Source: a virus (lineage: Duplodnaviria > Caudoviricetes). Taken from it: a stretch of 35,466 bases of DNA. The translations under genes and the position numbers were made by a program. The stretch is taken from IMG/VR virus record IMGVR_UViG_3300011336_000299, positions 1 through 35,466 of that record, one strand, 5' to 3'. Under the pieces are notes generated by a model. That model saw nothing but the letters and a program-made list of their open reading frames with translations. It ran no database searches and was not told the DNA's origin. Within the stretch, counting starts at the first letter, position 1. Every line of letters starts with the position of its first letter. Shown in pieces: positions 18,091-26,982 of the stretch.

Positions 18091-18099
18091 TTAAATTAG

Positions 18100-18132
18100 T
18101 AAGGAGTGGGTAAACTACCTACTCCTTATTTT
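18100..18132 (+). terminator. Intrinsic terminator after capsid gene
   Basis: TAAGGAGTGGGT / ACCTACTCCTTA stem followed by TTTT. Confidence 0.8.
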
Positions 18133-18162
18133 AATATCATTCAAAAAAAACAATAAATAAAT

Positions 18163-18675
18163 ATGCCTTGTAATTTAACAGCAGGATTTACTTTAGACGC
18201 ATGTAAAGATTTACATGGCGGCGCGAAATCCTTAAGAATAACAGAACTTGCAAATGTTTCATCTATCACAGAAACAGCAGGTGTAATTACCGCTATCACA
18301 ATGGTAGCTACTAAGAAATTTTATAACTTCATTTTCAAAAAAGAAGTGATTAACTTCAAAGAAACTGAAAATGTAGATGAAGAAAACGACACTGCAGAAT
18401 ATGTGATAGAAGTAACTGCAAAAAAGAATGCACTAACTACAACCACTAGAAACACATTATTATTATTAGCACAAAATACACTATGTATTATTGCAGAAGA
18501 TAACAATGGTAAGTATTGGTTATTGGGTGAAAAATATGGTTTGACAAAATCAGGAAGCCGCGAAAGTGGTACTAAGTTTGCAGACTTCAATGGTTCAATG
18601 CTTAGCTTTAAAGGAAAAGAAATAGCACCATTTAAGGAAGTAGATAGTTCAATCATTGCAGCATTAACTGCTTAA
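18163..18675 (+). CDS. Major tail (tube) protein
   Basis: 170 aa, MPCNLTAGFTLDACKD..GG, IAEDNNGKYWLLG, GTKFADFNGSMLSFKG pattern; own terminator. Confidence 0.7.
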   Translation: MPCNLTAGFTLDACKDLHGGAKSLRITELANVSSITETAGVITAITMVATKKFYNFIFKKEVINFKETENVDEENDTAEYVIEVTAKKNALTTTTRNTLLLLAQNTLCIIAEDNNGKYWLLGEKYGLTKSGSRESGTKFADFNGSMLSFKGKEIAPFKEVDSSIIAALTA

Positions 18676-18694
18676 TTTTTAAAATAAAACAATT

Positions 18695-18728
18695 AAAAAA
18701 GGTATGCTGATAAGGTGTACCTTTTTTT
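18695..18728 (+). terminator. Intrinsic terminator after tail tube gene
   Basis: AAAAAAGGTATGC / GTGTACCTTTTTT stem with T-tract. Confidence 0.8.
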
Positions 18729-18736
18729 ATAACAAT

Positions 18737-20602
18737 ATGGAAGGATTTAATATAAAACTAGCAGAGGCATTAAAGCCGTATAATCCATTATTTAAAATTG
18801 GATCGGAAGAAAAACCATTGTTATATACAGGCGGTGGCAATTTAAATTATAATGAGTACTTAATGTACCTTTTCCAAAATTCACCAAAGCATGGTAGCTT
18901 GGTAAAAGGTAAGGCTAAGTATATTTACGGCAAAGGATATGCTTATAATCCGAAGGTAAGCGCAACAGATACGCTAAATGACTTAGCAAAAAAGTGTATA
19001 TTAAATTATGAGATTTTTAATGCATTTTATATTGAGGTTATAAGAAATAAAAAGGGCAAAGTAGCTAGCTTGCATCCAATACCAAATAGAAACATTGCGC
19101 GTAATTACGATGGTACTAAGTATTGGTATATAATCAATCCACAATTGACATCTGTTGGTGCAAATAATTTAGTTGAATTTGCAATTTATGGCGAACCAAA
19201 TCCAGATGGATTAAGAGAATTATTTTTTTATGCAGAAAATGAAAATCCTGCAAATGTATATCCAACTCCTAATTATTTTCAAGGGTTAAATTATATTGCT
19301 GCAGATGTTGAGGTAAGTAAACACACATACACTAATAGCAAGCAAGGGTTTAAAGCTACTAAGCATGTAACGCTAGTAAATGGCGAACCTACCGAAGAAA
19401 TTAAGTCAAGAATTAAAAAGAAATTCAGCGACACTTACACAGGCGAAGGTGGCGAAAGTATTATTTTAGATTTCGTTTCGGATATCAACCGAAAGACAAT
19501 TATAGACGATTTAGGAGTATCGGATTTAGTTAAAGAAAATTATAGTGCTATTGATGAACTAATTAGAAATAATATTTTTTCATGCCATGAGGTTACAAGT
19601 CCAGAATTATTTGGGATTAGTGTGCCGGGCAAATTAGGTGGCACAAATAATCTTAAAGAAAGCTATCAAATATTCAATAATACTTATGTGTATTATCGTA
19701 GGGATGCAGTGCATCAGGAATTAATGAAGTTGGTAAAGGATTTGAATGATACTTTAGACACTTCTGTTATGGGCATGATGCCAACAGATCCAATTGGCGT
19801 ATTGTTAGATAGCACTTCTATATCAATGATACTTACCAAAGATGAACAAAGGGAGTTAATAGGTTATGAACCTTCAGATGGGGAAGCTACAAATAATAAT
19901 GATGTAATAAATGCCTTAAATTCACTATCTCCATTAGTGGCAACTAAGGTATTGGAAACAATGACACCAAATGAGATAAGAACATTGGCAAAATTACCAA
20001 TAAAAGCAGATGGCAATGAATTACCACAAGCTATTGGTACACCTATTGCACAATCCAAGCATGATGATATATTGGCAATATTTAGCGAATTTGGCGCAAA
20101 TAAAGCCGATTATAGCCATTTTGTAAGGCATATAGCACTAAGTGTAACAAAGGCAGATATAAGCGATATTTACGGCATTTTAGCCGTTAATCCTGATGCT
20201 ACAATAGAAAGCATAGCGAATGACATGGATTTGAGCCAAAAAGACGTAGAAAGTGCCTTAAATCAACTAGAAAAACAAGGTAAAATAAGCATTGGAACTA
20301 GTGGAATTGAAGTAATTGAAGCACCAACAAGCACTGATTATCGTGTAATGTTTAGCTATGAGTGGAAGGATGAGATACCTGTAAGCGAAAGAGATACTCC
20401 AGAGCATCCAAGCCGACCATTTTGCCAAAGATTAATGAGCCTAGATAGGTATTACAGTCGTAAAGATATTGAAAGTATTAGCGCAAGATTAGGTTATAGC
20501 GTATTTGACCGAGCTGGTGGATGGTGGAATGATGGGAGTGGCACGCCTTCGCCAAGTTGCAGACATAGATGGGTAGGTAATTTAGTAACAAAAAATAAAT
20601 AG
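18737..20602 (+). CDS. Portal protein with C-terminal winged-HTH-like and Cys-motif (MuF-like) extensions
   Basis: SPKHGSLVKGK, YPTPNY, IFSCHEVTSPELFGI portal-type motifs; start moved to 18737 because ATG 18704 lies inside the terminator. Confidence 0.8.
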   Translation: MEGFNIKLAEALKPYNPLFKIGSEEKPLLYTGGGNLNYNEYLMYLFQNSPKHGSLVKGKAKYIYGKGYAYNPKVSATDTLNDLAKKCILNYEIFNAFYIEVIRNKKGKVASLHPIPNRNIARNYDGTKYWYIINPQLTSVGANNLVEFAIYGEPNPDGLRELFFYAENENPANVYPTPNYFQGLNYIAADVEVSKHTYTNSKQGFKATKHVTLVNGEPTEEIKSRIKKKFSDTYTGEGGESIILDFVSDINRKTIIDDLGVSDLVKENYSAIDELIRNNIFSCHEVTSPELFGISVPGKLGGTNNLKESYQIFNNTYVYYRRDAVHQELMKLVKDLNDTLDTSVMGMMPTDPIGVLLDSTSISMILTKDEQRELIGYEPSDGEATNNNDVINALNSLSPLVATKVLETMTPNEIRTLAKLPIKADGNELPQAIGTPIAQSKHDDILAIFSEFGANKADYSHFVRHIALSVTKADISDIYGILAVNPDATIESIANDMDLSQKDVESALNQLEKQGKISIGTSGIEVIEAPTSTDYRVMFSYEWKDEIPVSERDTPEHPSRPFCQRLMSLDRYYSRKDIESISARLGYSVFDRAGGWWNDGSGTPSPSCRHRWVGNLVTKNK

Positions 20603-20604
20603 CT

Positions 20605-21138
20605 ATGATAAACAGCCAAGTAAAATTAATTAATGAGCAGGTTTTTAAAGACCGTAACTTAGTACATGCAAATGTGCCATTAGAATTGCTAACTCCTTCA
20701 ATTTGCGCAGTGCAAGATTTACACTTGCATCCAATATTGGGAGATACACTTTACTATAAAATAAAAGCGGATAAAAAAGCTAATACACTTGCAGGCGTAT
20801 ATTTAAATTTAGTCAATGATTATATTTTAGATGTAATTATTTACGGAGTATTGAGTGATTATGTAATTGATAGCACCTACCAAAACTATACCAAAGGAAT
20901 TACAAAAAAGCGTGATGAATTTGCCGACATGGCAAGCTATGACGAATTAGAAAAGATTAGTGATAGGCATCGTAATAAAATGGATAGCTATTTGCAAAGA
21001 TTGGTTTCGTATTTGCAAAATAATAAAACATTATTCCCAGAATACACTACCGAAAGCACAGATGTGAATGCAACTACAAATACCTATTCACCTTCGATTT
21101 ATTTGAATGATGATAAAAAGGATTGTGGATGGAGATAA
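20605..21138 (+). CDS. Putative head-tail adaptor
   Basis: AVQDLHLHPILGDTLY...RLVSYLQNNKTLFPEY, helical, directly after portal. Confidence 0.6.
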   Translation: MINSQVKLINEQVFKDRNLVHANVPLELLTPSICAVQDLHLHPILGDTLYYKIKADKKANTLAGVYLNLVNDYILDVIIYGVLSDYVIDSTYQNYTKGITKKRDEFADMASYDELEKISDRHRNKMDSYLQRLVSYLQNNKTLFPEYTTESTDVNATTNTYSPSIYLNDDKKDCGWR

Positions 21139-21177
21139 AAAAAGAAAAAGATATTTTAATAAAGTTAAAAAAATTCA

Positions 21178-21600
21178 ATGCAAACACTAAGCCAAATATA
21201 TCAAGTAATAACGGATGCTGTAAAGTTGCTACCAACAATATACAACATAGTACAGCTTCCAATCCAAAATCTACTAGATGAAACATTCAATGCCAAATAT
21301 CCACTAGCTAATATTGAGTACATAAGTAGTAACAATAATGGCAACGAGGTAATAAGGACATTTAGAGTGCATTTACTAAAAGTGCAAAAGCAAAGTGATG
21401 CAGATTTAAATAATGTATTGGATGAATGCGAGATAGATGGCTTAACGGTTATAAAGCAATTGGACTACACAAGCCAAACAAGCCTTTACAATATTGAAGC
21501 AGGTAGCTTAACACCAGTTAGGCAATTTACTGCAGATTATACTGCAGGCGTTTACTTCGATGTAAATGTAACAGAGTTGAATAATATTGATTTGTGCTAA
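21178..21600 (+). CDS. Putative tail terminator protein
   Basis: 140 aa acidic, KYPLANIE...TPVRQFTADYTAGVYFDV; position after adaptor. Confidence 0.55.
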   Translation: MQTLSQIYQVITDAVKLLPTIYNIVQLPIQNLLDETFNAKYPLANIEYISSNNNGNEVIRTFRVHLLKVQKQSDADLNNVLDECEIDGLTVIKQLDYTSQTSLYNIEAGSLTPVRQFTADYTAGVYFDVNVTELNNIDLC

Positions 21601-21629
21601 TAAAGATAAAAAAAAATATATAATATAAA

Positions 21630-21956
21630 ATGGCTACTTATTTACCAAAGCAAGAATACACAATTACACGAATGGAAGGTAACGATTGCGACTTTGTCGT
21701 AGTTGTTCCTAATCTATTTCCATTAGCAGGAATTACAGCGTGTGAATTTAAAGTCGAAGGTAGCAATGATGAATTGATATTCAGCAAAACAATGCCAACA
21801 ATAACTATTGCATCCCAAACTATAACTATACCTATTGCTGCATCTAATACTGCAAATAAGAATGGTACTTACAGATGGGAATTGCAAACTACTATTGGTG
21901 GTAAAATTACAACCATTGGCATTGGCGATTTTATAATATTAAACAAGGTTATTTAA
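21630..21956 (+). CDS. BppU-N-like baseplate / fibre-attachment protein
   Basis: EGND...ITIPI...GTYRWELQ...TIGIGDFII beta-sandwich pattern upstream of tail fibre. Confidence 0.55.
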   Translation: MATYLPKQEYTITRMEGNDCDFVVVVPNLFPLAGITACEFKVEGSNDELIFSKTMPTITIASQTITIPIAASNTANKNGTYRWELQTTIGGKITTIGIGDFIILNKVI

Positions 21957-24334
21957 TGGCGGATTTAATACTTGAATTACTAGTTGAGCAATCGGTACTT
22001 TTAGAATTAGGAGTAAGCGAACAAGTATTTTTAAATGCCGAAGCTAGCTATGTAACAGTGCCTGGACCTACTGGTCCTACTGGCCCACAAGGTGCGCAGG
22101 GTATTCAAGGAATACAAGGCATTCAAGGTAATCAAGGAGATAGCGCATATCAAGTTGCAGTTAGTCATGGGTTTAGTGGCACAGAGCAGGATTGGTTAGA
22201 TAGTTTAATTGGTGCAGATGGTAATACTATACTATTTGGCAACATTGCACCTATTAATTCACAAGGCGTTGATGATAATTTTTATATTGACTTAATTACA
22301 TGGAATTTCTATCAAAAGAAAACAGGTAGTTGGGCGTTACAAGGCAAGATTAAAGGAGATACAGGTGCAACAGGGCCAGCAGGTGCAAATGGAACTAATG
22401 GAACTAACGGAACTAACGGAGTTGGGATAGTATCAATAGTTAGGACTAGTGGAACAGGTGCAGCAGGAACTACCGACACTTACACAATTACATACACAAA
22501 TGCAACCACATCAACATTCAATGTGTATAATGGTGCGAATGGTGCAACAGGCGCAACAGGCGCAACAGGTGCGGCAGGTGTTGGTGTTCCAACAGGTGGC
22601 ACAGCAGGGCAAATACTTACTAAAATAGATGCTACTGATTATAATACTTATTGGCAAGATAATTTTGCAGATTGGACTAGTCAAGTAAAACATACTGTAA
22701 AGAATAATGGATTAGCAGGAACGATTAGCAAAGGAACGGCTGTATATGTAACGGGTTCAGATGGTACTAATATGCTAGTTGGTAAAGCATCTAATACAAG
22801 CGAAGCCACAAGTAGTAAGACAATGGGACTTATGCAGTCCGACATTACGACAACAGGCGGAACGCAAACAGGATTTGTAATTACAGAGGGCTTATTGAGT
22901 GGCTTAAATACAGCAGGGCAAACAGCAGGCGACCCAGTTTGGTTAGGGGTAAATGGTGCGCTAATTTATGGACTTGCAAATAAACCTTATGCACCAGCGC
23001 ATTTAGTATTTATAGGAATAGTTACAAAAGTAAGCGCAGGAAGTGGTGAGATATTTGTAAAAGTACAAAACGGATTTGAACTCAAAGAGATACACGATGT
23101 GGATTTAATTACTACAACTCCAACTAACAACCAATTATTATCTTATAATAGTACGACAGGTTTATGGGCAAATAAAAGTGTAACAACTGCGGATATTGCA
23201 GCAAGTACCAATAAGAATTACGTTACTGATGCACAATCTATTGTTATTGGCAATACAAGCGGAACGAATAGCGGTGATAATGCAGTAAATAGCCTATATA
23301 GTGGACTTGCTACAAGTAAGCAAGATACATTAGTAAGTGGCACAAATATAAAGACAGTTGAAGGGCAATCTATACTTGGAACAGGTAATATAGATATTAC
23401 AAAGACAGATGTTGGATTAGGTTCAGTAGATAATACAAGTGATGCTAATAAACCTGTAAGTACAGCACAAGCTACTGCAATTGCATTAAAGCAAGATACA
23501 TTAACATTAACAACAACAGGAACAAGTGGTGCGGCTACATTGGTTGGTAGTACTTTGAACATCCCACAATATACAGGTGGTGGTGCTGCAAGTGATTACC
23601 TTAGCGTATTAACAGCGGCTGAAATAGCAATTACAACAACTGCAACTGCGACAATAAATAGACAGCATTTAATTAGCGGGACATCGGTAGATTATACAGT
23701 TACTTTGCCAGCTGCAAGTGGTAATACAGGTAAATTTGTTGGTGTAAGAATATCAACAAGTGCAACAAGATTATTCACTATCAAAGGCAATGCAAGTGAG
23801 TTGATAGATGGGTTAAACACTCGTATAATGTGGAAAGGCGAAACAGCAATTTTATATTGTGATGGTACTGGATGGAAGAAGATAGCAGGTGTAAGTAATC
23901 CAATGATTTGTCAAAGGTCTTTAACTGCAATTAATACAACTTTATTCACCACAGCTACTGCGGTAAAAGTTCCATTAGATAGAACTGATTTAGACAATAC
24001 AGGGTTAATGGCAGACGCTGCTAATAATAGAATAAAATTCAATAGAAACGGAACATATATTATAAGCGGCGCGGTTGTGTTTAATGGATTTACAGCAGTT
24101 GCAAGTAGAGTAATTACACAATTGTACGTAGATACTTTACCACAATGTAATAGCGAAGTAAGTGCAGTAGTAGGAGCATATACTACGCCTTTTGCTACAA
24201 CTCCAAGAAGTTTCACCACATCCAATACAATTAGTCTATATGGCTATCAAAATAGCGGTGCAACACAGGGCTGTTTTGGGCAAAGTCCAAATGTAACTAC
24301 ATTCCTTTCAGCAGTAGAACTTCCTAACTGGTAA
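21956..24334 (+). CDS. Tail fibre / receptor-binding protein with collagen-like repeats
   Basis: GPT/GIQ, GTN and GAT triplet repeats, GDSAYQVAV...GTEQDWLDSL, KQDTLVSGTNIKT, DVGLGSVDNTSDANKPVSTAQ fibre modules; Thr/Gly-rich. Confidence 0.85.
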   Translation: MADLILELLVEQSVLLELGVSEQVFLNAEASYVTVPGPTGPTGPQGAQGIQGIQGIQGNQGDSAYQVAVSHGFSGTEQDWLDSLIGADGNTILFGNIAPINSQGVDDNFYIDLITWNFYQKKTGSWALQGKIKGDTGATGPAGANGTNGTNGTNGVGIVSIVRTSGTGAAGTTDTYTITYTNATTSTFNVYNGANGATGATGATGAAGVGVPTGGTAGQILTKIDATDYNTYWQDNFADWTSQVKHTVKNNGLAGTISKGTAVYVTGSDGTNMLVGKASNTSEATSSKTMGLMQSDITTTGGTQTGFVITEGLLSGLNTAGQTAGDPVWLGVNGALIYGLANKPYAPAHLVFIGIVTKVSAGSGEIFVKVQNGFELKEIHDVDLITTTPTNNQLLSYNSTTGLWANKSVTTADIAASTNKNYVTDAQSIVIGNTSGTNSGDNAVNSLYSGLATSKQDTLVSGTNIKTVEGQSILGTGNIDITKTDVGLGSVDNTSDANKPVSTAQATAIALKQDTLTLTTTGTSGAATLVGSTLNIPQYTGGGAASDYLSVLTAAEIAITTTATATINRQHLISGTSVDYTVTLPAASGNTGKFVGVRISTSATRLFTIKGNASELIDGLNTRIMWKGETAILYCDGTGWKKIAGVSNPMICQRSLTAINTTLFTTATAVKVPLDRTDLDNTGLMADAANNRIKFNRNGTYIISGAVVFNGFTAVASRVITQLYVDTLPQCNSEVSAVVGAYTTPFATTPRSFTTSNTISLYGYQNSGATQGCFGQSPNVTTFLSAVELPNW

Positions 24335-24344
24335 TTAATAAAAT

Positions 24345-24626
24345 ATGGCAAAATATACACAAATACAATCAATAACAATACCTACTAAGGGCATAGGTCA
24401 ATATATTACAATTGATGCACAATCATTTACATTGGGTGCAGATGCAGTTAATTTGCAATGGAGAATATTAGATAATGTAGATTTAAATAGCGCACCACCA
24501 TTAGAAGGTAAAGAATTATTAAATGGTACTTTATTAATGGCAAATAACGATTTGCAAAGTTGGGGCGCAGATGACAATGTGGCTATTGATTGGGTAATTA
24601 ACGAATTAAATCTAACTAAAAAATAA
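24345..24626 (+). CDS. Hypothetical protein, possible fibre-associated chaperone
   Basis: 93 aa right after the fibre gene; WGADDNVAIDWV. Confidence 0.55.
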   Translation: MAKYTQIQSITIPTKGIGQYITIDAQSFTLGADAVNLQWRILDNVDLNSAPPLEGKELLNGTLLMANNDLQSWGADDNVAIDWVINELNLTKK

Positions 24627-24627
24627 A

Positions 24628-24900
24628 ATGAAAACACAAAAACATTTCATGCAATCCAAGACCATAATATTTAACTTCATATTCCTAGCCTTAGCAATGT
24701 TCGACAGGTCATTCTTTGAAACGCTAGGAGTAGGTGCTGAGGCAATCCCAAAGATAGAAGTTATATTGGTTAAAATATGCGCAATAGGTAACTTAGCATT
24801 GCGTTATTTTGGTGATGGTACTCAAATAAAAAAAATTACAGGCGATGACCAAGAAACTAAATCTTTAGTAATGGTTATGGCTTTTATATTAGCACTTTAA
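24628..24900 (+). CDS. Putative holin
   Basis: KHFMQSKTIIFN start, two hydrophobic helices, NLALRY motif; upstream of endolysin. Confidence 0.6.
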   Translation: MKTQKHFMQSKTIIFNFIFLALAMFDRSFFETLGVGAEAIPKIEVILVKICAIGNLALRYFGDGTQIKKITGDDQETKSLVMVMAFILAL

Positions 24901-24901
24901 T

Positions 24902-25165
24902 ATGAATACATTAGAAATAAACAACGCGGCTATTGACGCAATTGGGGCGCAATACACCGACAAAGAATTATTTGATAAGCATTTCAACATTGCTTTGCAT
25001 AGAGTGCCAAAAAATGCGCCTAAAGATGTAATAATAGGCATCGTAGTAACATATATGCAAAGTATGCTAAATGATTACGCTAATACAACTGCTAAGACTA
25101 AAGGCGGTAAGGTAGCAAGGTTCTTTGCAAAGTTCAATATAATACTTTCAATATTTAAGAAATGA
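24902..25165 (+). CDS. Lysis-region hypothetical protein
   Basis: 87 aa with cationic amphipathic C-terminus KGGKVARFFAKFNIILSIFKK. Confidence 0.6.
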   Translation: MNTLEINNAAIDAIGAQYTDKELFDKHFNIALHRVPKNAPKDVIIGIVVTYMQSMLNDYANTTAKTKGGKVARFFAKFNIILSIFKK

Positions 25166-25668
25166 TTAAAACAACAACACCAGCGCAGCCGCCACTATTC
25201 ACATTGGTAGATAAACCTTCAATGGATAAGATTAATAAACTGCATCCATTTGTACGCACTGAGGTAAAGACTATCATTCAAGAGTGCAATACTTTATTAA
25301 CAGGTAGAGCAAAGGTAAGAATAGCACAAGGATTTAGAACATTTGCAGAGCAGGATGCTTTGTTTGCTCAAAAGCCTAAAGTAACCAATGCTAAAGGTGG
25401 GCAATCAATACATAATTACGGCTTTGCAGTTGATATAGTACTTATCATTGATGGTAAGGAAGCAAGTTGGGATGTAAAGACTGATTGGGATGGAGATAAG
25501 AAAAGCGATTGGATGGAGTGTGTTAGTGTATTTAAAAAGCATGGTTGGAACTGGGGCGGAGATTGGCAATCATTTAAAGACATGCCACATTTTGATAAAG
25601 CAGGATTTAGTGATTGGAAAGCATTGAGTAAATATAGACGAGATGCAAATGGGTATGTAATTTTTTAG
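25162..25668 (+). CDS. Endolysin, M15 family (L-Ala-D-Glu peptidase-like)
   Basis: GFRTFAEQDALFA, VTNAKGGQSIHNYGFAVD (SxHxxGxAxD), WGGDW, DMPHF. Confidence 0.92.
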   Translation: MIKTTTPAQPPLFTLVDKPSMDKINKLHPFVRTEVKTIIQECNTLLTGRAKVRIAQGFRTFAEQDALFAQKPKVTNAKGGQSIHNYGFAVDIVLIIDGKEASWDVKTDWDGDKKSDWMECVSVFKKHGWNWGGDWQSFKDMPHFDKAGFSDWKALSKYRRDANGYVIF

Positions 25669-25699
25669 TTAGGTTAGTATTTTTCATAGTTTATAAGAC

Positions 25700-25735
25700 A
25701 AAGGGGCGCGCCAATTGGTGCGCTTTTTTGTTTTT
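25700..25735 (+). terminator. Intrinsic terminator ending the late operon
   Basis: GGGCGCGCC-AATT-GGTGCGCTT followed by T-tracts. Confidence 0.85.
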
Positions 25736-25812
25736 ATTTAAAAATTAATAGCCTTGCTAGCAAAGGGTTTCAGCGTATTTTCAAAAATATTTTAAAAAAA
25801 GTTGGTAAAATA

Positions 25813-25845
25813 TTTGGATTTACTAATTATATAATTGTATATTTG
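25813..25845 (+). promoter_or_regulatory. Bacteroidota-type early promoter
   Basis: TTTG (25813-25816), 21-nt spacer, TATATTTG (25838-25845). Confidence 0.8.
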
Positions 25846-25873
25846 CATATCAATAAAAAGAAAAGAAAAAATC

Positions 25874-26071
25874 ATGACAAACGAAATTCAAAAAACAGAA
25901 CAAAAAAATTACTACAATGTAGTTGATAGCATGGGCAGACCAACAGATATTTATTATACTGCATCTAATATTAATGATGCTTATAAATTATTTAAAGGTG
26001 ATAAAATTAATTTTCAAAAACATTATTATGGAAAATTAAAAAGAGGCTATAACGGAGGAGTAAGAGGATAA
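25874..26071 (+). CDS. Early hypothetical protein
   Basis: Start reassigned to ATG 25874 (AAAAATCATGAC context, downstream of promoter). Confidence 0.7.
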   Translation: MTNEIQKTEQKNYYNVVDSMGRPTDIYYTASNINDAYKLFKGDKINFQKHYYGKLKRGYNGGVRG

Positions 26072-26130
26072 AATATAAAAGGGGTGCGACTTTAACGCAC
26101 AATTTTATAAACCTTAAAAAAAATCAAATC

Positions 26131-26349
26131 ATGACAAACACAATTCAAACAGGAACAACTTTAACAGCAACATCTATTGGAGATAGCAATTGCATCTGGA
26201 CCGCAACAGTAATTGAAAGAAAAGGTAATTTTATTACAGCTATAATAAATGGCAAAGTAGTACGCAAAAAAGTAAATGTTTACAATGGCGAAGAATTTGT
26301 TTACCTATTAGGTAAGTATTCTATGGCTCCAACATTTAGAGCAAAATAA
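26131..26349 (+). CDS. Early hypothetical protein (small beta-barrel-like)
   Basis: 72 aa, SIGDSNC...VIERKG...LGKYSMAP; AAATCAAATCATGAC start context. Confidence 0.75.
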   Translation: MTNTIQTGTTLTATSIGDSNCIWTATVIERKGNFITAIINGKVVRKKVNVYNGEEFVYLLGKYSMAPTFRAK

Positions 26350-26350
26350 A

Positions 26351-26382
26351 TTTGTTTAATTAATTATATAAGTATATATTTG
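26351..26382 (+). promoter_or_regulatory. Bacteroidota-type promoter
   Basis: TTTG (26351-26354), 20-nt spacer, TATATTTG (26375-26382). Confidence 0.8.
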
Positions 26383-26396
26383 TAAAAAATAAAAGT

Positions 26397-26528
26397 ATGA
26401 ATAAAAAAGTAGGCAGACCGCCAAAGTATAACAAGAAACTAATACAGGTTACATTGCAAGTTCCTGAAGGTTCTAAAGAAAAAATACAACTTGCAGCAAA
26501 AAAACTTCGAGAAATAAATTTAAAATAA
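26397..26528 (+). CDS. 43-aa basic DNA-binding protein (AT-hook + ribbon-helix-like)
   Basis: Read by hand: MNKKVGRPPKYNKKLIQVTLQVPEGSKEKIQLAAKKLREINLK*; first gene after the promoter. Confidence 0.6.
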   Translation: MNKKVGRPPKYNKKLIQVTLQVPEGSKEKIQLAAKKLREINLK

Positions 26529-26550
26529 ACAATCAAAAAAAAATCAAATC

Positions 26551-26889
26551 ATGACAAAAGCAATCCAACAACAAAAAGAATTATTAACAACAGCACTAAG
26601 TACATTAGAAGCTATTGAAAGACGCGAAACACTTTACAAAGCTGCAACTATACCATCACTAAAAGCAAGCTATAAATGTTTATTAGAGATTAGCCAAATA
26701 CAATATGCTGAAACTATGGCTACTATACACTGTATTACCAATCAATTTGCAGATGTAGATGCACCTACTAATGATGCGGATTTATTAAATAATTTAGATG
26801 CCTATATGCTATCTTTGCCTACATACACGCAAAGTAAAGAGGGATTTATTCAAGACGCTAAAATGTTTTTTGAAGCTGAAAACAGATAA
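26551..26889 (+). CDS. Early hypothetical protein
   Basis: 112 aa; AAATCAAATCATGAC start context. Confidence 0.7.
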   Translation: MTKAIQQQKELLTTALSTLEAIERRETLYKAATIPSLKASYKCLLEISQIQYAETMATIHCITNQFADVDAPTNDADLLNNLDAYMLSLPTYTQSKEGFIQDAKMFFEAENR

Positions 26890-26949
26890 ATAAAAATAGG
26901 TGCGGTAATCACTCCGCACCTAAAAAAATCATGCGCTCATGACAGCGCA
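26888..26949 (-). ncRNA. Putative minus-strand small RNA with two hairpins (kissing-loop candidate C)
   Basis: Minus-strand -7 element TACTTTTG (26960-26953); hairpin TGCGCT-[GTCATG]-AGCGCA; hairpin TAGGTGCGG-[AGTGATTA]-CCGCACCTA followed by T-tract. Confidence 0.5.
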
Positions 26950-26982
26950 CTGCAAAAGTACAACTAAAAATCAATTTACAAC

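Noticed and set aside
18704-18736. ORF-track starts at 18704, 25835, 30832, 4041 and 35085
   Set aside because: They fall inside terminators, promoters or upstream genes; downstream ATGs with A-rich context are more plausible.
21956-24334. Diversity-generating retroelement target in the tail fibre
   Set aside because: No reverse transcriptase, and no template/variable repeat pair differing at adenines was seen.
26081-26100. Small hairpin GTGCG-ACTTTAA-CGCAC as another kissing-loop element
   Set aside because: Single 5-bp stem with no partner loop or adjacent promoter found; at most a weak stability or termination stem.
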